Origin: an uncultured Acidimicrobiia bacterium
GTDB lineage: Bacteria > Actinomycetota > Acidimicrobiia > Acidimicrobiales > AC-14
DNA: 64,000 nucleotides
NCBI GenBank assembly: GCA_963836205.1
Contig: CAWIIV010000006.1
Location: 160,001 to 224,000 of the forward strand
Direction: 5' to 3'
The position numbers and the translations under genes are program-made. Positions within the stretch are counted from its first letter, which is position 1, and each line of letters begins with the position of its first letter. Below the pieces are notes generated by a model. It was not told the origin of the DNA and searched no databases. It saw only the letters and a program-made list of their open reading frames with translations. Below are positions 43,302 through 53,873 of this stretch, piece by piece.

Positions 43302-43949
43302 TCAGTTCAGGCGTTGCAGGTAGCCGTTGTCGACCAGCCACAGCACGTTGAGCTGGGCCGGCGCACCCGGGACGAGCGAGCCCTGGAGCATGTACTGGAC
43401 GCCCTTGCCCGGCTGCCCGAAGGCGGGTGCGATGGGCCCGCCGTCGACCCGGAACTCCTTGAGCACCCGGTAGGCCCGGTAGTTGCACTTGGCCGGCGTG
43501 GTCGTGTTGTCGAGGCTCTGGGGCGGGATCGCCCGCTGCGAGTAGAGGATGCCGAACGGGGCGAGGAACGCACCGAACTCGCTCCCGTAGCGGTCGACCT
43601 GCTGACCGATGCGCAAGGGGATGGGCGCCTCGATGGGCTGGCCGTCGGGACCGACGAGGAAGCCGTTGAACGGCGGGTAGCGCCAACCACCCTGGCCCCC
43701 GAAGGCGGTGGGATCCCAGTAGGTGGCGATGAAATCGTTGGGACTGAGACCGGCGAGCCGGTCGTACCGGGTGAGCTCAAGGCCGACCGAACCGGTGGTG
43801 GGGAGATCTCGCGGACCCAACCGGGCGTCGCCGTTGAAGTTCTCCTCGGAACACTGGTTGGGCGGCGTCGCCGTCGCCGACAGCGCCGGCGATCCCCACG
43901 CCCAGACCAGGGTGATCACAGCCGCCGCAAGTACGCGCCGAACCTTCAT
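43302..43949 (-). CDS. Secreted TNT-domain (tuberculosis necrotizing toxin-like) NAD+ glycohydrolase
   Basis: Signal peptide; WRYPP..GF, DRYGSEFGAFLAP...RAIPP and IAPAFGQPG.GVQY motifs. Confidence 0.9.
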   Translation of the reverse strand: MKVRRVLAAAVITLVWAWGSPALSATATPPNQCSEENFNGDARLGPRDLPTTGSVGLELTRYDRLAGLSPNDFIATYWDPTAFGGQGGWRYPPFNGFLVGPDGQPIEAPIPLRIGQQVDRYGSEFGAFLAPFGILYSQRAIPPQSLDNTTTPAKCNYRAYRVLKEFRVDGGPIAPAFGQPGKGVQYMLQGSLVPGAPAQLNVLWLVDNGYLQRLN

Positions 43950-44074
43950 CCGCGCCTCCCTACTCGATGGTTGCGGGACATTACCCCGCCGCGGTCGCGA
44001 GGTCGGTCTGGCATCATGCTTCTGTACCCGCAAGCACCTCCCTCGACGGCGGGGACGGGATCGGAGACGAGCGG

Positions 44075-45640
44075 ATGCTCCTGCCCATGCTGTTGAGCAG
44101 CCAGACTCCCAGGCTGGCCGCCATGGTGGGCAAGGTCCCACCGCTCACGGAGTGGATCAGCCGACGGGTGATCGAGGGGTACTGCTCGGCGACGGTGCCC
44201 CGGCCCCGGGCGTTCTCCATGGCCGGCGACTACACGACGTGGCGGGGTCTCACCGACCGGAGGTGGACCGGCCGGCACCTCCCGGCGGTGGCGGCGTCGA
44301 CACAGGTCGACCTGCCGAGCGCGGCCGACGTGGTCGCCCTGTTCCGGCGGGAGCAGGAGGTCAAGTCGACCGACACCAGCGTCCTGTTCGCCTTCTTCGC
44401 CCAGTGGTTCACCGACAGCTTCCTGCGGACGAGCCACGGAAAGCTGAACCTCGGGAAGAACACGTCGAACCACGAGATCGACCTGTGCCAGATCTACGGG
44501 CTCACCGAGGACAGGACCACGATGCTGCGCTCGGGGGGCGGTGGTCGCCTGCGCACCCAGCTGATCGAGGGCGAGGAGTACCCCGACTATCTGTTCCAGC
44601 CACGGCAGCCGGCCGGTCCTCTGGCCGTCAAGCCGATCTTCGCCGGACTCCACGACGACAAGTTCCTCCTCGACGTGATCCTTGGCGAGGTGGCCGACGA
44701 GCGCAAGGACTTCGTCTTCGCCGTCGGGCTGGAGCACGGCAACGCCACCATCGGCAACACGATCATGAACGTCGTCTTCGTGCGAGAGCACAACCGGGTG
44801 GCCGGCGTGCTTCAGAAGGCCAACCCCGGATGGGACGACGAGCAGCTGTTCCAGACCGCACGCAACGTCCTGACCGTGATGCTCCTGAACCTGGTGGTGC
44901 AGGAGTACATCGTCCATATCGCACCCATCGACTTCCCCCTGAAGCGGGTCCCGTTCCTGGCCGACGAGGCGGGGTGGAACCGGTCGAACTGGATCGCGAT
45001 CGAGTTCAACCTCCTCTACCGCTGGCACTCGCTCGTACCCGATGTCATCGGCCAGGGTGACACGAAGATCGAGCCGCAGGACTTCCGCAACAACAACCCG
45101 CTGGTTCTGGCGAGGGGCATCGAGTCCCTGATCTCCCAGTTCTCGAGCGAGAAGGCGGGACGGATCGGCCTCATGAACACCCCCCGGTTCCTCGTCGACC
45201 GGCACGACCCGAGCGAACCCTCCACCGAGGAGCGGACCGTCGACCTGATGCGCAACGCCCGCCTGGCGTCGTACAACGACTACCGGACGAGGTTCAACCT
45301 GGAGCCGTACACGAGCTTCGACCAGCTGACCAAGAACGCCGCCCTCCGGGCTCGGCTGGAGGAGCTCTACGGAACCATCGACCGGCTCGAGTGGTACGTG
45401 GGCATCTTCGCCGAGGACTACGGCAAGAACTCGATGATGGGTGGCCTGCTCACCACGATGGTGGCCTACGACGCCTTCACCCAGGCCCTGACCAACCCGC
45501 TGCTGGCGCGACGTGTGTACACCGAGGCGACGTTCTCGGCCGCCGGACTGGCGCAGATCGAGTCCACCGAGAGCCTGCAGCAGATCGTCACCCGCAACTC
45601 GGATCCGGGGAAGAAGGCCCACGCCCGCTTCAAGATCTGA
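44075..45640 (+). CDS. Animal-type heme peroxidase / cyclooxygenase-like fatty-acid dioxygenase
   Basis: FAFFAQWFTD, IDLCQIYG, REHNRV, WDDEQLFQTAR, EFNLLYRWH and SYNDYR motifs. Confidence 0.9.
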   Translation: MLLPMLLSSQTPRLAAMVGKVPPLTEWISRRVIEGYCSATVPRPRAFSMAGDYTTWRGLTDRRWTGRHLPAVAASTQVDLPSAADVVALFRREQEVKSTDTSVLFAFFAQWFTDSFLRTSHGKLNLGKNTSNHEIDLCQIYGLTEDRTTMLRSGGGGRLRTQLIEGEEYPDYLFQPRQPAGPLAVKPIFAGLHDDKFLLDVILGEVADERKDFVFAVGLEHGNATIGNTIMNVVFVREHNRVAGVLQKANPGWDDEQLFQTARNVLTVMLLNLVVQEYIVHIAPIDFPLKRVPFLADEAGWNRSNWIAIEFNLLYRWHSLVPDVIGQGDTKIEPQDFRNNNPLVLARGIESLISQFSSEKAGRIGLMNTPRFLVDRHDPSEPSTEERTVDLMRNARLASYNDYRTRFNLEPYTSFDQLTKNAALRARLEELYGTIDRLEWYVGIFAEDYGKNSMMGGLLTTMVAYDAFTQALTNPLLARRVYTEATFSAAGLAQIESTESLQQIVTRNSDPGKKAHARFKI

Positions 45641-45754
45641 CCCCCAAGGGTCCGGACGGCCCCGTAAGCAAGCCCGGCCTGACGCTGGGCCCCGGGATCG
45701 TCCTCCAACTCGCCTCAAGGCGACGCTCGCTCATCGGCGATCGCGCCATGCTGC

Positions 45755-45965
45755 GGCCGGTGGCGACATCCAGGACGACAGGTTCGACGCGAAGGACTCG
45801 GTCACCGTCTGCGCGTTCACCACGGATCTATCCGAGGCGCCGCTGATCAGACTCTCGTCGAAACCGGACGACATCAACGGACTGCGGGAGAGGTGCAGCC
45901 TGATGGTCGACAAGATCATCACGATCCCCGCTCGAAGCTCGGCGAACACGTCGGTCGAGTCAACA
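45755..45965 (+). pseudogene. Degenerate partial copy of the mazF gene
   Basis: Near-identical to 46320-46530 (IQDDRFDA.DSVTVCAFTTD...DDINGLRERCSLMVDKIITIP) with indels. Confidence 0.85.
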
Positions 45966-46021
45966 GTGTTCGACCGGCGATAAGGGGTCAGTGTTCAGGC
46001 GGTGCGACACGGCGGCGTCGC

Positions 46022-46033
46022 GTTACATGTAAC
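46022..46033. promoter_or_regulatory. Perfect palindrome GTTACATGTAAC, probable TA operator
   Basis: Lies about 10 nt upstream of the antitoxin start. Confidence 0.65.
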
Positions 46034-46042
46034 AATTGCCTC

Positions 46043-46264
46043 GTGGCCACGCCGCAGGAGAAGTCGGACACCACGGCGCGCGTCCGTGACTACCGCACGC
46101 GACTTCGGGCACAAGGCCTGCGTCCAGTACAGATCTGGGTACCGGATGTCCGATCGCCGCTGTTCGCCGAGGAGGCGCATCGTCAATCGGCCGCCGTGGC
46201 CAACAGCGACTGTGCCGGCGACGACCAAGCCTTCATCGACGCTCTCAGCGCCGAGGACGGGTGA
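46043..46264 (+). CDS. MazE-like antitoxin (DUF3018)
   Basis: RVRDYRTRLRAQGLRPVQIWVPDVRSP.F.EEAHRQS. Confidence 0.9.
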   Translation: MATPQEKSDTTARVRDYRTRLRAQGLRPVQIWVPDVRSPLFAEEAHRQSAAVANSDCAGDDQAFIDALSAEDG

Positions 46265-46590
46265 GGCGCAGCGAGATCTGGACCGCTGCGGCCGGAAGCG
46301 GCTACGCCGGCAAGCCGCGGCCGGTGGTGATCATCCAGGACGACCGGTTCGACGCGACGGACTCGGTGACCGTCTGCGCGTTCACGACGGATCCCACCGA
46401 GGCGCCGCTCATCAGACTCCTCGTCGCACCAGACGACATCAACGGACTGCGGGAGAGGTGCAGCCTGATGGTCGACAAGATCATCACGATTCCCCGCTCG
46501 AGGCTTGGCGAACACGTCGGTCGACTCAGCGACGACGACATGGTGCGGCTGGGCCGCGCCATCCTGGTCTACTTCGGCCTGGCGGGCTGA
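46261..46590 (+). CDS. mazF: PemK/MazF-family toxin
   Basis: GKPRPVVIIQDD and NGL...SLMVDKI motifs; 4-nt overlap with the antitoxin. Confidence 0.92.
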   Translation: MRRSEIWTAAAGSGYAGKPRPVVIIQDDRFDATDSVTVCAFTTDPTEAPLIRLLVAPDDINGLRERCSLMVDKIITIPRSRLGEHVGRLSDDDMVRLGRAILVYFGLAG

Positions 46591-47104
46591 GAGCCTCCGA
46601 CCGTCGGTACCGCTCCTCCCGTGGGACACGAGGGCCTCGCGTCGAGCGACCGAGATGGCACGTTCGAGGACGGCGCCGCCACGGCCGGGATCCGCGCTTG
46701 TCGCCCGCCCCCGATCCGAACCACCGGGTCACTCCGGCGGCATCCGACGTTTCTGGTTCTGGGACACCGCTGTCACCTCCTGTCGCGCCCGGAACCGTCG
46801 TTCGGCCACGGTAAGGGGGGTGCCGAGCGCTGTGCGCGGTCTCGTAAGAACCGATCGGTCGCCTCGACGGTTGCCGTGGTCATTTGCTTCCCGCCGGTAT
46901 GCCCGGTGTCGACAACGATCACGGCTGCGTCGGTCCATGCCTCCGCAAGGAGCCACGGCGCGCCCACGCTGCCGCCGTGCAGACTGATCGCACGCCCAGT
47001 GCGTGACAGCCATGAGACCAGTGCCGCCCTCCGGCGCGATGACTGAGCAGGTAGGGGCGGCCCGTGGAAGGTCCCCCGACGGCGTTCAGTCGGAGGAAGC
47101 CACA

Positions 47105-47713
47105 ATGATGCTCGGTGTGAGGATCGGCGTTTGTTCCGACGTGCACGGTCGGCATGACCGGCTCCTGACTGTGCTCGGCGCCATGGCGGCGGCCGGGGTC
47201 GACGAGCGCTGGTGCCTCGGTGATCTGGTCGGAAGCGAGCCGGTCACGGCTGAGCTGGTGGGCGCGGCTCGCCAACTCGACCTGCTCATCGCCGGAAACC
47301 ACGACGCCTGGGTGCTCGGGCCAGACCGGGTCACCGCCCACGGGCGCGACGTGTTCAGGTTGGCGAGGCGCGCGATGGCCAGCCGTCACGGCATCGACTG
47401 CTGGCACGGCTCGCCGCGCCACCCCCTGCTCGGTTTCCTCACCGAGGCGTCTGCCGCCCGGGTCCTGCCCGACCGCCCCCTGGGCTCGCTCGGCCTCGTC
47501 GGCCATACCCATGAACCGGCGCTCTTCGCCTACGACGGCGCCACGACGCGCGCGGTCCGACCCGTCCCGGGCGAGTCGTACGACTGGCTCGGGACCGGCG
47601 CCTGCATGGCCAACCCGGGGGCGGTCTGCGGCAACCCGCGTGACGCCGCCAGCTGGTGGCTCATCGTCGACATTGATGCCCGCGTGCTGCGGTGGCAGCG
47701 CGAGGAGCTCTAG
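47105..47713 (+). CDS. Metallophosphoesterase (calcineurin-like)
   Basis: SDVHG, LGDLVG, GNHD, HGSP, GHTH and NPG motifs. Confidence 0.88.
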   Translation: MMLGVRIGVCSDVHGRHDRLLTVLGAMAAAGVDERWCLGDLVGSEPVTAELVGAARQLDLLIAGNHDAWVLGPDRVTAHGRDVFRLARRAMASRHGIDCWHGSPRHPLLGFLTEASAARVLPDRPLGSLGLVGHTHEPALFAYDGATTRAVRPVPGESYDWLGTGACMANPGAVCGNPRDAASWWLIVDIDARVLRWQREEL

Positions 47714-48179
47714 TCCGAAGACGCTGCCGCTGCCGGCTTGCGGTCGTCCTCACCACCGGCTCGGGAGGGTCCTGGAGCTGGCCGTGACCGAGCGCGGCGA
47801 GTCCCGTTTTCTCAGGCAGCGACAGGCGCGTCCGATGGCGGCGACGGTCGGCCGGAGACGGGCCGTCCGAGCCAAAGCGGGAAGTGCGGCGCCGGCTCCA
47901 CGCGAGAGCTCGTCGTTCGTGAGGCCCGCGAGTCGTCGGGAGGTGCGGGCGAACCTGTCGTCGGATTGGTCGACAAGCAGATCGCGGACGTTCATCGGGT
48001 TCCTCAGGGCCGGAATGATTGGCACGGCCCACCCGCCGAACGCCCCCAGCCGTCCGCGCAATTGGTTCCTGGGTCAGAGATCTCGCGCCACTACTCGGCC
48101 TTGCCTCTCCCGCCGTGGAGCACTATGGCGCGCCAGAACCACACCCCGAAGAGCACCAGGCGTGCCGCGAGCGGCCGCG

Positions 48180-49115
48180 TCAGTCCCGCTTCCACGCCGG
48201 TAGAGAGGTTGGCGCCTCCCCCCGAGCTTCGGCTCTGACAGCCACCAAGGCCAGCTCCGAGTGTCGAGGGCGATCTCCGCGTACTGCGGCCTGAAGGGCG
48301 TAGTCGCCGATGGTCGGTGGACGGAAGCTGGAATTCCAGGTCCCGATGCCGTTGGGTTGGAGCAACAGCGTCGTCACGAACTCCCCGTCCCTCGTGACGA
48401 CCGCACATGGGGCGTCGGCAGCGGTCGCCTCACCGAGGCGAACCGTCACGGCGACCTCCCCGTTCGGTGCCACTTCGCTCGGGCTCGCGTCGATCGTCAG
48501 CCTGCGGGTCGTCAGGCCAAAGACGATGACACCGATGTTCTCGGCATCGCCGGTCTCGTTCCGTACGAACAACTCACCATCGTGCGGAGAGGTGATCGCA
48601 GCGGTGACCACCGGGGCACCAAGCAGGTCCTCCCTGCTGAACTCGGCGCCGTCCATGCTCGCTGAGATGCCATCTACCCCAGGCAGGATCCACAGGAGGG
48701 CGGCAGACGCGCCGTCGAAGTTGACCGGGAAGGTGGCGGTTTCGCCGCGTGGCACCGTCTGCGCCTGCTGGTCGATGACGTCATAGCCCTCGGGCGCAGC
48801 TTGGCCGAGGATCGCTGAACCTGAGCCGGGGTCGTCCGCTGGGTTGGCCTCGCAGCCGGACGTAGGTCGGTCGCTCGATGTCGGGGTCGTCGAAGCCTGA
48901 CTACCAGAGCCGGTCGAACCAGCCTCGATAGTCGGGTCCGGACCGCCGCAGCCACTCCCGAGAGCGATGATCGCCGTCACCGCCACGACCCAGCGATGTC
49001 CTCTCGATCCGACGGCCTCCAGGCCGTGGCCGTCGGCTGGCGCCACACCTTGCGTGCCCTGAGCCTGCCTGGCTCCAAGTCGGAGGAGCGTGCGAGTGCG
49101 CCCGTCGCTCATCAT
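48180..49115 (-). CDS. Hypothetical lipoprotein-like protein with Ig-like C-terminus
   Basis: Hydrophobic stretch ending GSGC, Ser/Thr linker, beta-rich remainder. Confidence 0.5.
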   Translation of the reverse strand: MMSDGRTRTLLRLGARQAQGTQGVAPADGHGLEAVGSRGHRWVVAVTAIIALGSGCGGPDPTIEAGSTGSGSQASTTPTSSDRPTSGCEANPADDPGSGSAILGQAAPEGYDVIDQQAQTVPRGETATFPVNFDGASAALLWILPGVDGISASMDGAEFSREDLLGAPVVTAAITSPHDGELFVRNETGDAENIGVIVFGLTTRRLTIDASPSEVAPNGEVAVTVRLGEATAADAPCAVVTRDGEFVTTLLLQPNGIGTWNSSFRPPTIGDYALQAAVRGDRPRHSELALVAVRAEARGEAPTSLPAWKRD

Positions 49116-49993
49116 GAACCTCCGCCGGCGGCTCGGTTGACCCTAAGACTACCGCTGCGAGGCGGCTCGTAGTCGGCGAGCGCCAATTCATTCTCGGGCC
49201 GAAAACCCTTCGGGAGCAATGTCGAGGGCACCAGGCCACACGAGGACGACACCAAGCTTCCGGCAGAGGTCGGCCCAAGTCGGACCGGACGGCCGATGCT
49301 CGACGGCAAGGACTGCGGTTACAACGTCCGAGTCGTCTCCCCTATGTCCCGCTCCCAGAGCGGCTGGCCGTACCGACGGTCTGGGGTCCCGTCAAGGTTG
49401 ACCCGGGCCGGGCGGCCCGTGGCGGGTCGAACATTTTCGAGAACGCCAGGGCGCCCCGCTGGATGCGGCATCGCTCGATGCAGGATGCGGTAGGGCGGCG
49501 GGCCGGCGGCCGCGAGCAAGCCTCGGTTGATGAGCGCGTGCATTTCGCTCACGGACGCCCAGCAAATCGCGCCGCCCCGTCCTCGTCCAGCCACTCACCC
49601 TCGATGGCGGTCGGGACGCGAGAGTACAGAGCACGCAGGGCACGGCGGCGGGGCCGCTGCATCCACCCGGCGGCTCGAAAGACCACGTGGCGGCGCGCTC
49701 CCCTGGTTGTCATGGAGGGTCCGAAGTCGCGACCCGCCACCCTCCCCTCCCTCCCCTGCCTTTGACATCACCGCCATCAGGCTTTCCGTCCCTGAGGGGA
49801 ACCCCGGGAAGAGCGCGGGCGACGACGCTGACAAGTCGCTCGTTATGAGAATGAGTCGGTCGTGAGGGGAACCGTCACGCACCGGCAACGGTCTCCACAT
49901 GTCGTCGGCCGCCGAGCACGGCTACGCGTGACTGCGTTTCAACATCGATGCCGGCGGTTGAGCCTGCCCGGGTCGCCGCTGGTCCCGTGACTC

Positions 49994-50534
49994 CTACTTG
50001 TCGAACTGGGCCCAATCTTCGGGGTTGTCCTCCACGAAGTGGTCGAGGACGGCGCCGTCGACACCGTCGACGAGCACGAGACCCCTTTGCTTGGGGGGCT
50101 CGTCGTTGGAGTAGAGGAGGATGCGCCACGTGGGGCGGCTGCGGAGGCCGCGCCAGCCGAGTTGGGCGGACGCGTGGCCGACGGGGAAGCCGACCTGGCC
50201 GGCCGCGGCCACCAGGGCGTCGCCGTCGCGAACCTTCAACGGCCAGGCCGCGGCCAGGTGGTAGGCGCCGATGGCGAGCAGGGCGATGGCTCCGCCGAGC
50301 ATGCCGTCGTTGACGAGGACGGCGTCGTCGCCCCGGCTGGTGGCCCACAGGGCGAAGCAGGCGGTGGCGACCAGCAGGTACACGTACGCCGGCCACCGGC
50401 GGCGGCGGATGTCGGGGAAGGTGTACTGGCCCACGTAGGCGGTGACGTCGAGCTCGGCCGGGAGGGTGTCGCCGCGGTCGGCGTGGTCGCCGGCGGCGGC
50501 GGGAGTGAGCCGGCGCCTGCTTGTCGTCTTCCAT
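49994..50534 (-). CDS. Membrane protein of unknown function (5' end uncertain, possible frameshift)
   Basis: ELDVTAYVGQYTFPD, two TM helices, GF.VGHASAQLGWRGLRSRPTWRIL. Confidence 0.7.
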
Positions 50535-50561
50535 CTCGGGTGCCAGCGTACGCTCGTCTCC

Positions 50562-51572
50562 GTGAGCGACCTGCCGCCTCCGCCGCCCGAGCCGCCGCCG
50601 CGCCCACCGCTCGAGGCGCCGCGCCGGCCGCCCGAGCCGCCGCCCGAGCCGCCGCTCGATCCATCGGTCGAGCCTTCGCCTCCGCCGGCCGATCCGCCGT
50701 TCGAGCCATCGCTCGCACCCCCACCGCCCGAGCCGCCGGCCGAACCATCGCTCACACCGCCGCCGACTCCCCCGCCGCCCATCCCGACGCCTCCTTCGCC
50801 GCCCCATACTCCGCCCGAGCCGCCCGTCGAGGCACCGCTCCCGCCGCCGCCGCCGCCGCCTCCTCCTCCACCGCCTCCTCAGCCGCAGTTCCCGCCGGCC
50901 CTGCCCAACCTGCCGGCCGCCGAGCGGGTGCGCATCGCCTACCAGCGCCGGTACGAGACCGACTACCTCTTCGACTTCTGGACCGCCCTCGGCTGGACCG
51001 TCCTCACGTGCGGCGTCTTCGGGTACTACGTGATCTACCAGCTCGTCCGGCGCATGCGCGACCACAACCGTCGCCGGCTCGACCTGCTTGAAGCGGGCAT
51101 CGCCTTCGCCTGGGAACAGGCCCAGCGGCGGCCGGCGGTGGCGGACGAGCTTCGGCCCACGTTCGAGTCCATGGCTTTCAACCTGGGCGTCCTCCGTCAG
51201 ATGTCGTCCGACTTCCGCGACCCGGCCATCTGGACCCTTCTCACCCTCGTCAGCAGCGGGATCGCCACCGTCGTGGCCTTCGTCCTCCTCGACGGCGACC
51301 TCGTGCGCCACACGGCCGCCGAGCGGGCGGTGCAGGCCGACCTGGCGCGGGTCTACACCCGCCTCGGTCACGACCTGGGGCCGGTCGGCGACACCCAGGC
51401 CAAGGGCCGCCACAACTACGGCGGGCGGATCGCAGCCACCATCTTCAGCCTCGGGATCTACCTCCTGTGGTGGTACCGCGACGTCATGAACGAGCCCAAC
51501 CGGCACTTCGCCGAGGACTGGGCGTGGGAGGACCGGCTCGGTGCCGCCGTCCACGCCATGACCCCCGCCTGA
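50562..51572 (+). CDS. DUF4234-like membrane protein with a Pro-rich N-terminus
   Basis: About 115 aa Pro-rich region, then LTCGVFGYY and FSLGIYLLWWY. Confidence 0.7.
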   Translation: MSDLPPPPPEPPPRPPLEAPRRPPEPPPEPPLDPSVEPSPPPADPPFEPSLAPPPPEPPAEPSLTPPPTPPPPIPTPPSPPHTPPEPPVEAPLPPPPPPPPPPPPPQPQFPPALPNLPAAERVRIAYQRRYETDYLFDFWTALGWTVLTCGVFGYYVIYQLVRRMRDHNRRRLDLLEAGIAFAWEQAQRRPAVADELRPTFESMAFNLGVLRQMSSDFRDPAIWTLLTLVSSGIATVVAFVLLDGDLVRHTAAERAVQADLARVYTRLGHDLGPVGDTQAKGRHNYGGRIAATIFSLGIYLLWWYRDVMNEPNRHFAEDWAWEDRLGAAVHAMTPA

Positions 51573-51722
51573 GGCTTTCCCGGGGACCGGAAAGGGGTGG
51601 TGCTAGCACCCCCCCGGAACACGCATGGAGGCACGGTTCCGATTCCGCCGCGGCCGTGACTGAATGGTGTTCACCGAACAGAAGGTGAACGACCGGGGTC
51701 AGTGGGACGGAGGGTTGTGGCG

Positions 51723-53873
51723 ATGGCGATCGACACGGTTGACCGGCGGCATCCGGGGACCACGGACGTCGTGGCCCTCGACGACCCAGAGGCGGCGAAC
51801 TCGCAGCTCACGGGGGCCAAAGCGGCGGCCCTGGCCCGGGCCGCGGCCGCCGGCCTCCCCGTGCTGGCGGGGATGGTGGTGACCACCCACGCCGCCGGCC
51901 GCCCCGAGCCCGAGGTGGAGCAGGGACTGCGCACGGCCTGGTCGATCGTGTCCGACGGCGGGCGCCGGCCGATCGTGGTGCGGTCTTCGTCGACCATCGA
52001 GGACAATGCCACCAGCTCGATGGCGGGGATGTTCACGTCGGTGCTCGACGTGACCTCGTGGGACGGCTTCCGGATGGCCCTCGACGCCGTCCTCGCCTCC
52101 AGCAACGTGGTCGCCCTCACCGGCCCCGACGTCGGCCGCCGGGACCGGGCGCCGATGGCCGTCCTGGTCCAGCCCCAGCTGGCGCCGTCCGTCGGCGGCG
52201 TGCTCTTCGGCCTCGACCCTGTCTCCGGCCGCCGCGACCGCCTCGTCGTCTCCGCCAGCGAGGCGGGACCGTCGGCAGTGGTGAGCGGCGAGGTCGACGG
52301 CACCCGCTACGTCCTCTCCCGGCACGGCCGGCGGGTGGAGGGACCGGCGCACACACGGGGCAAAGGAAGCGGGCCGCTCACCGCCGGCCAGCTGCGGCAA
52401 CTGGCCCACCTCGCCCGCCGGGCGGAGGAGGTCTTCGGCGGTCCCCAGGACGTGGAGTGGGCCTTCAGCGCCGGCGGGCGCCTGTGGCTGCTCCAGAGCC
52501 GGCCCATCACCGCGGCTGCGTCCGACGACGTGCCCGCCCACAGCCCCGTCCTCGGCCCCGGGCCGGTGGCGGAGACCTTCCCCGACGCCCTCTCGGCGCT
52601 GGAGGAGGACCTGTGGGTCGCGCCGCTGCGGGACGGGCTGCGCTCGGCCCTGGCCCTGGCCGGCACCGCCCCCAAGCGCCGGTTGGCCTCCTCGCCGGTG
52701 GTCACCACCGCCGGCGGCCGGGTGGCCGCCGACCTCGAGCTGCTGGGAGCGGACGACGGCCCCCCCTCGTTCCTCCGCCGCTTCGACCCCCGCCCCCCTG
52801 CCCGCCGCCTGATCGCCGCCTGGCGCGTCGGCCGGCTGCGGGCCGCCCTGCCCGCCTTGGCCGACGACCTGATCGCGGTCGCCGATCGCGACCTCCTCGA
52901 CGTCCCCGACCTCGCCACCCTGTCCGACCGCGACCTTCTCTCGCTCCTCGGTCGGGCGGGGACGGCGCTGTCGTCCCTCCACGGGCACGAGGTGCTCATG
53001 GGGTGGCTGGTGACGCCGACCGGCGGCTCCACCACGTCCGCCGCCTCCGTCGCCCTCCGGGCCGTCGCCTCGGGTCGGGCCGACGGCCTGTCGGACGAGG
53101 AGATCGTCGCCACCTACCCAGGGGTGCTGGCCCTGGTTCCGCCCCGAATCGGCGTCGCCACCGTCCTCCCCCCCACGCCCGACTCGCTGGCGGCCAAGGA
53201 GTCCTCCGGCGACGGCGCCTCGCCCGGCGACGGCCTCGGGCCCGAACGGGCCGCGGTCCTGCGGGAGGCCCTCCGGCTGCGGGCCCGCTGGGTCCACGAG
53301 TTGACGGCCAAGGCGGCCGAGGAGCTGGGCCGGCGCCTCCAGGCCAAGGGCGTGCTCGCCGGCGCCGAGCAGGTCCGCCACCTGCGGCTGGGCGAGCTGG
53401 CCGAGGCCGTCCGCCACGGCCGGGTGCCCGACGACATCGACGCCCGGGGCCACGCCCTGCGGGGCGCGCCCCTTCCCACCCGGTTCCGGATGACCGCCAA
53501 CGCGGTGGTCGTTCCGGTCGGCGGACGCCGGCGGTCCAGTGCCAGTGCCAGAGCTGGGGCCGGCACTGGCGCCGGAGGCGGCCGGGGCATGGGGCCGGTG
53601 CACACCGGCGACGGACCCCCCGCGCCCGGATCGGTCCTGGTCGTGCGCACGCTCGACCCGGGGCTGGCCTCGGTGCTGCCCCGCCTGGGCGGGCTGGTGG
53701 CCGAGACCGGGAGCTTCCTGTCCCACCTCGCCATCCTGGCCCGGGAGCTCGGTATCCCCACCGTGGTGGGGGTCGACGACGCCCTCGGCCGCTTCCCGGC
53801 GGGGTCGGTGGTGGTGGTCGACGGCACGACCGGCGAGGTCAGCCGGCAGGACGTGGAAAGGGGTGCGGCATGA
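51723..53873 (+). CDS. PEP/pyruvate-binding (ATP-grasp) plus phospho-His swivel-domain protein (PPDK/RPH-like)
   Basis: GAKAA.L, VRSSS..ED..SMAGMFTS, PQDVEWA, LQSRPIT and LSHLAILARELGIP motifs. Confidence 0.88.
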   Translation: MAIDTVDRRHPGTTDVVALDDPEAANSQLTGAKAAALARAAAAGLPVLAGMVVTTHAAGRPEPEVEQGLRTAWSIVSDGGRRPIVVRSSSTIEDNATSSMAGMFTSVLDVTSWDGFRMALDAVLASSNVVALTGPDVGRRDRAPMAVLVQPQLAPSVGGVLFGLDPVSGRRDRLVVSASEAGPSAVVSGEVDGTRYVLSRHGRRVEGPAHTRGKGSGPLTAGQLRQLAHLARRAEEVFGGPQDVEWAFSAGGRLWLLQSRPITAAASDDVPAHSPVLGPGPVAETFPDALSALEEDLWVAPLRDGLRSALALAGTAPKRRLASSPVVTTAGGRVAADLELLGADDGPPSFLRRFDPRPPARRLIAAWRVGRLRAALPALADDLIAVADRDLLDVPDLATLSDRDLLSLLGRAGTALSSLHGHEVLMGWLVTPTGGSTTSAASVALRAVASGRADGLSDEEIVATYPGVLALVPPRIGVATVLPPTPDSLAAKESSGDGASPGDGLGPERAAVLREALRLRARWVHELTAKAAEELGRRLQAKGVLAGAEQVRHLRLGELAEAVRHGRVPDDIDARGHALRGAPLPTRFRMTANAVVVPVGGRRRSSASARAGAGTGAGGGRGMGPVHTGDGPPAPGSVLVVRTLDPGLASVLPRLGGLVAETGSFLSHLAILARELGIPTVVGVDDALGRFPAGSVVVVDGTTGEVSRQDVERGAA

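Noticed and set aside
46600-47100. About 500 bp with no convincing ORF, considered as a structured RNA
   Set aside because: No recognisable motif, promoter-terminator pair or long stem found by eye.
49112-49900. Short broken ORFs, possible pseudogene
   Set aside because: No family could be recognised.
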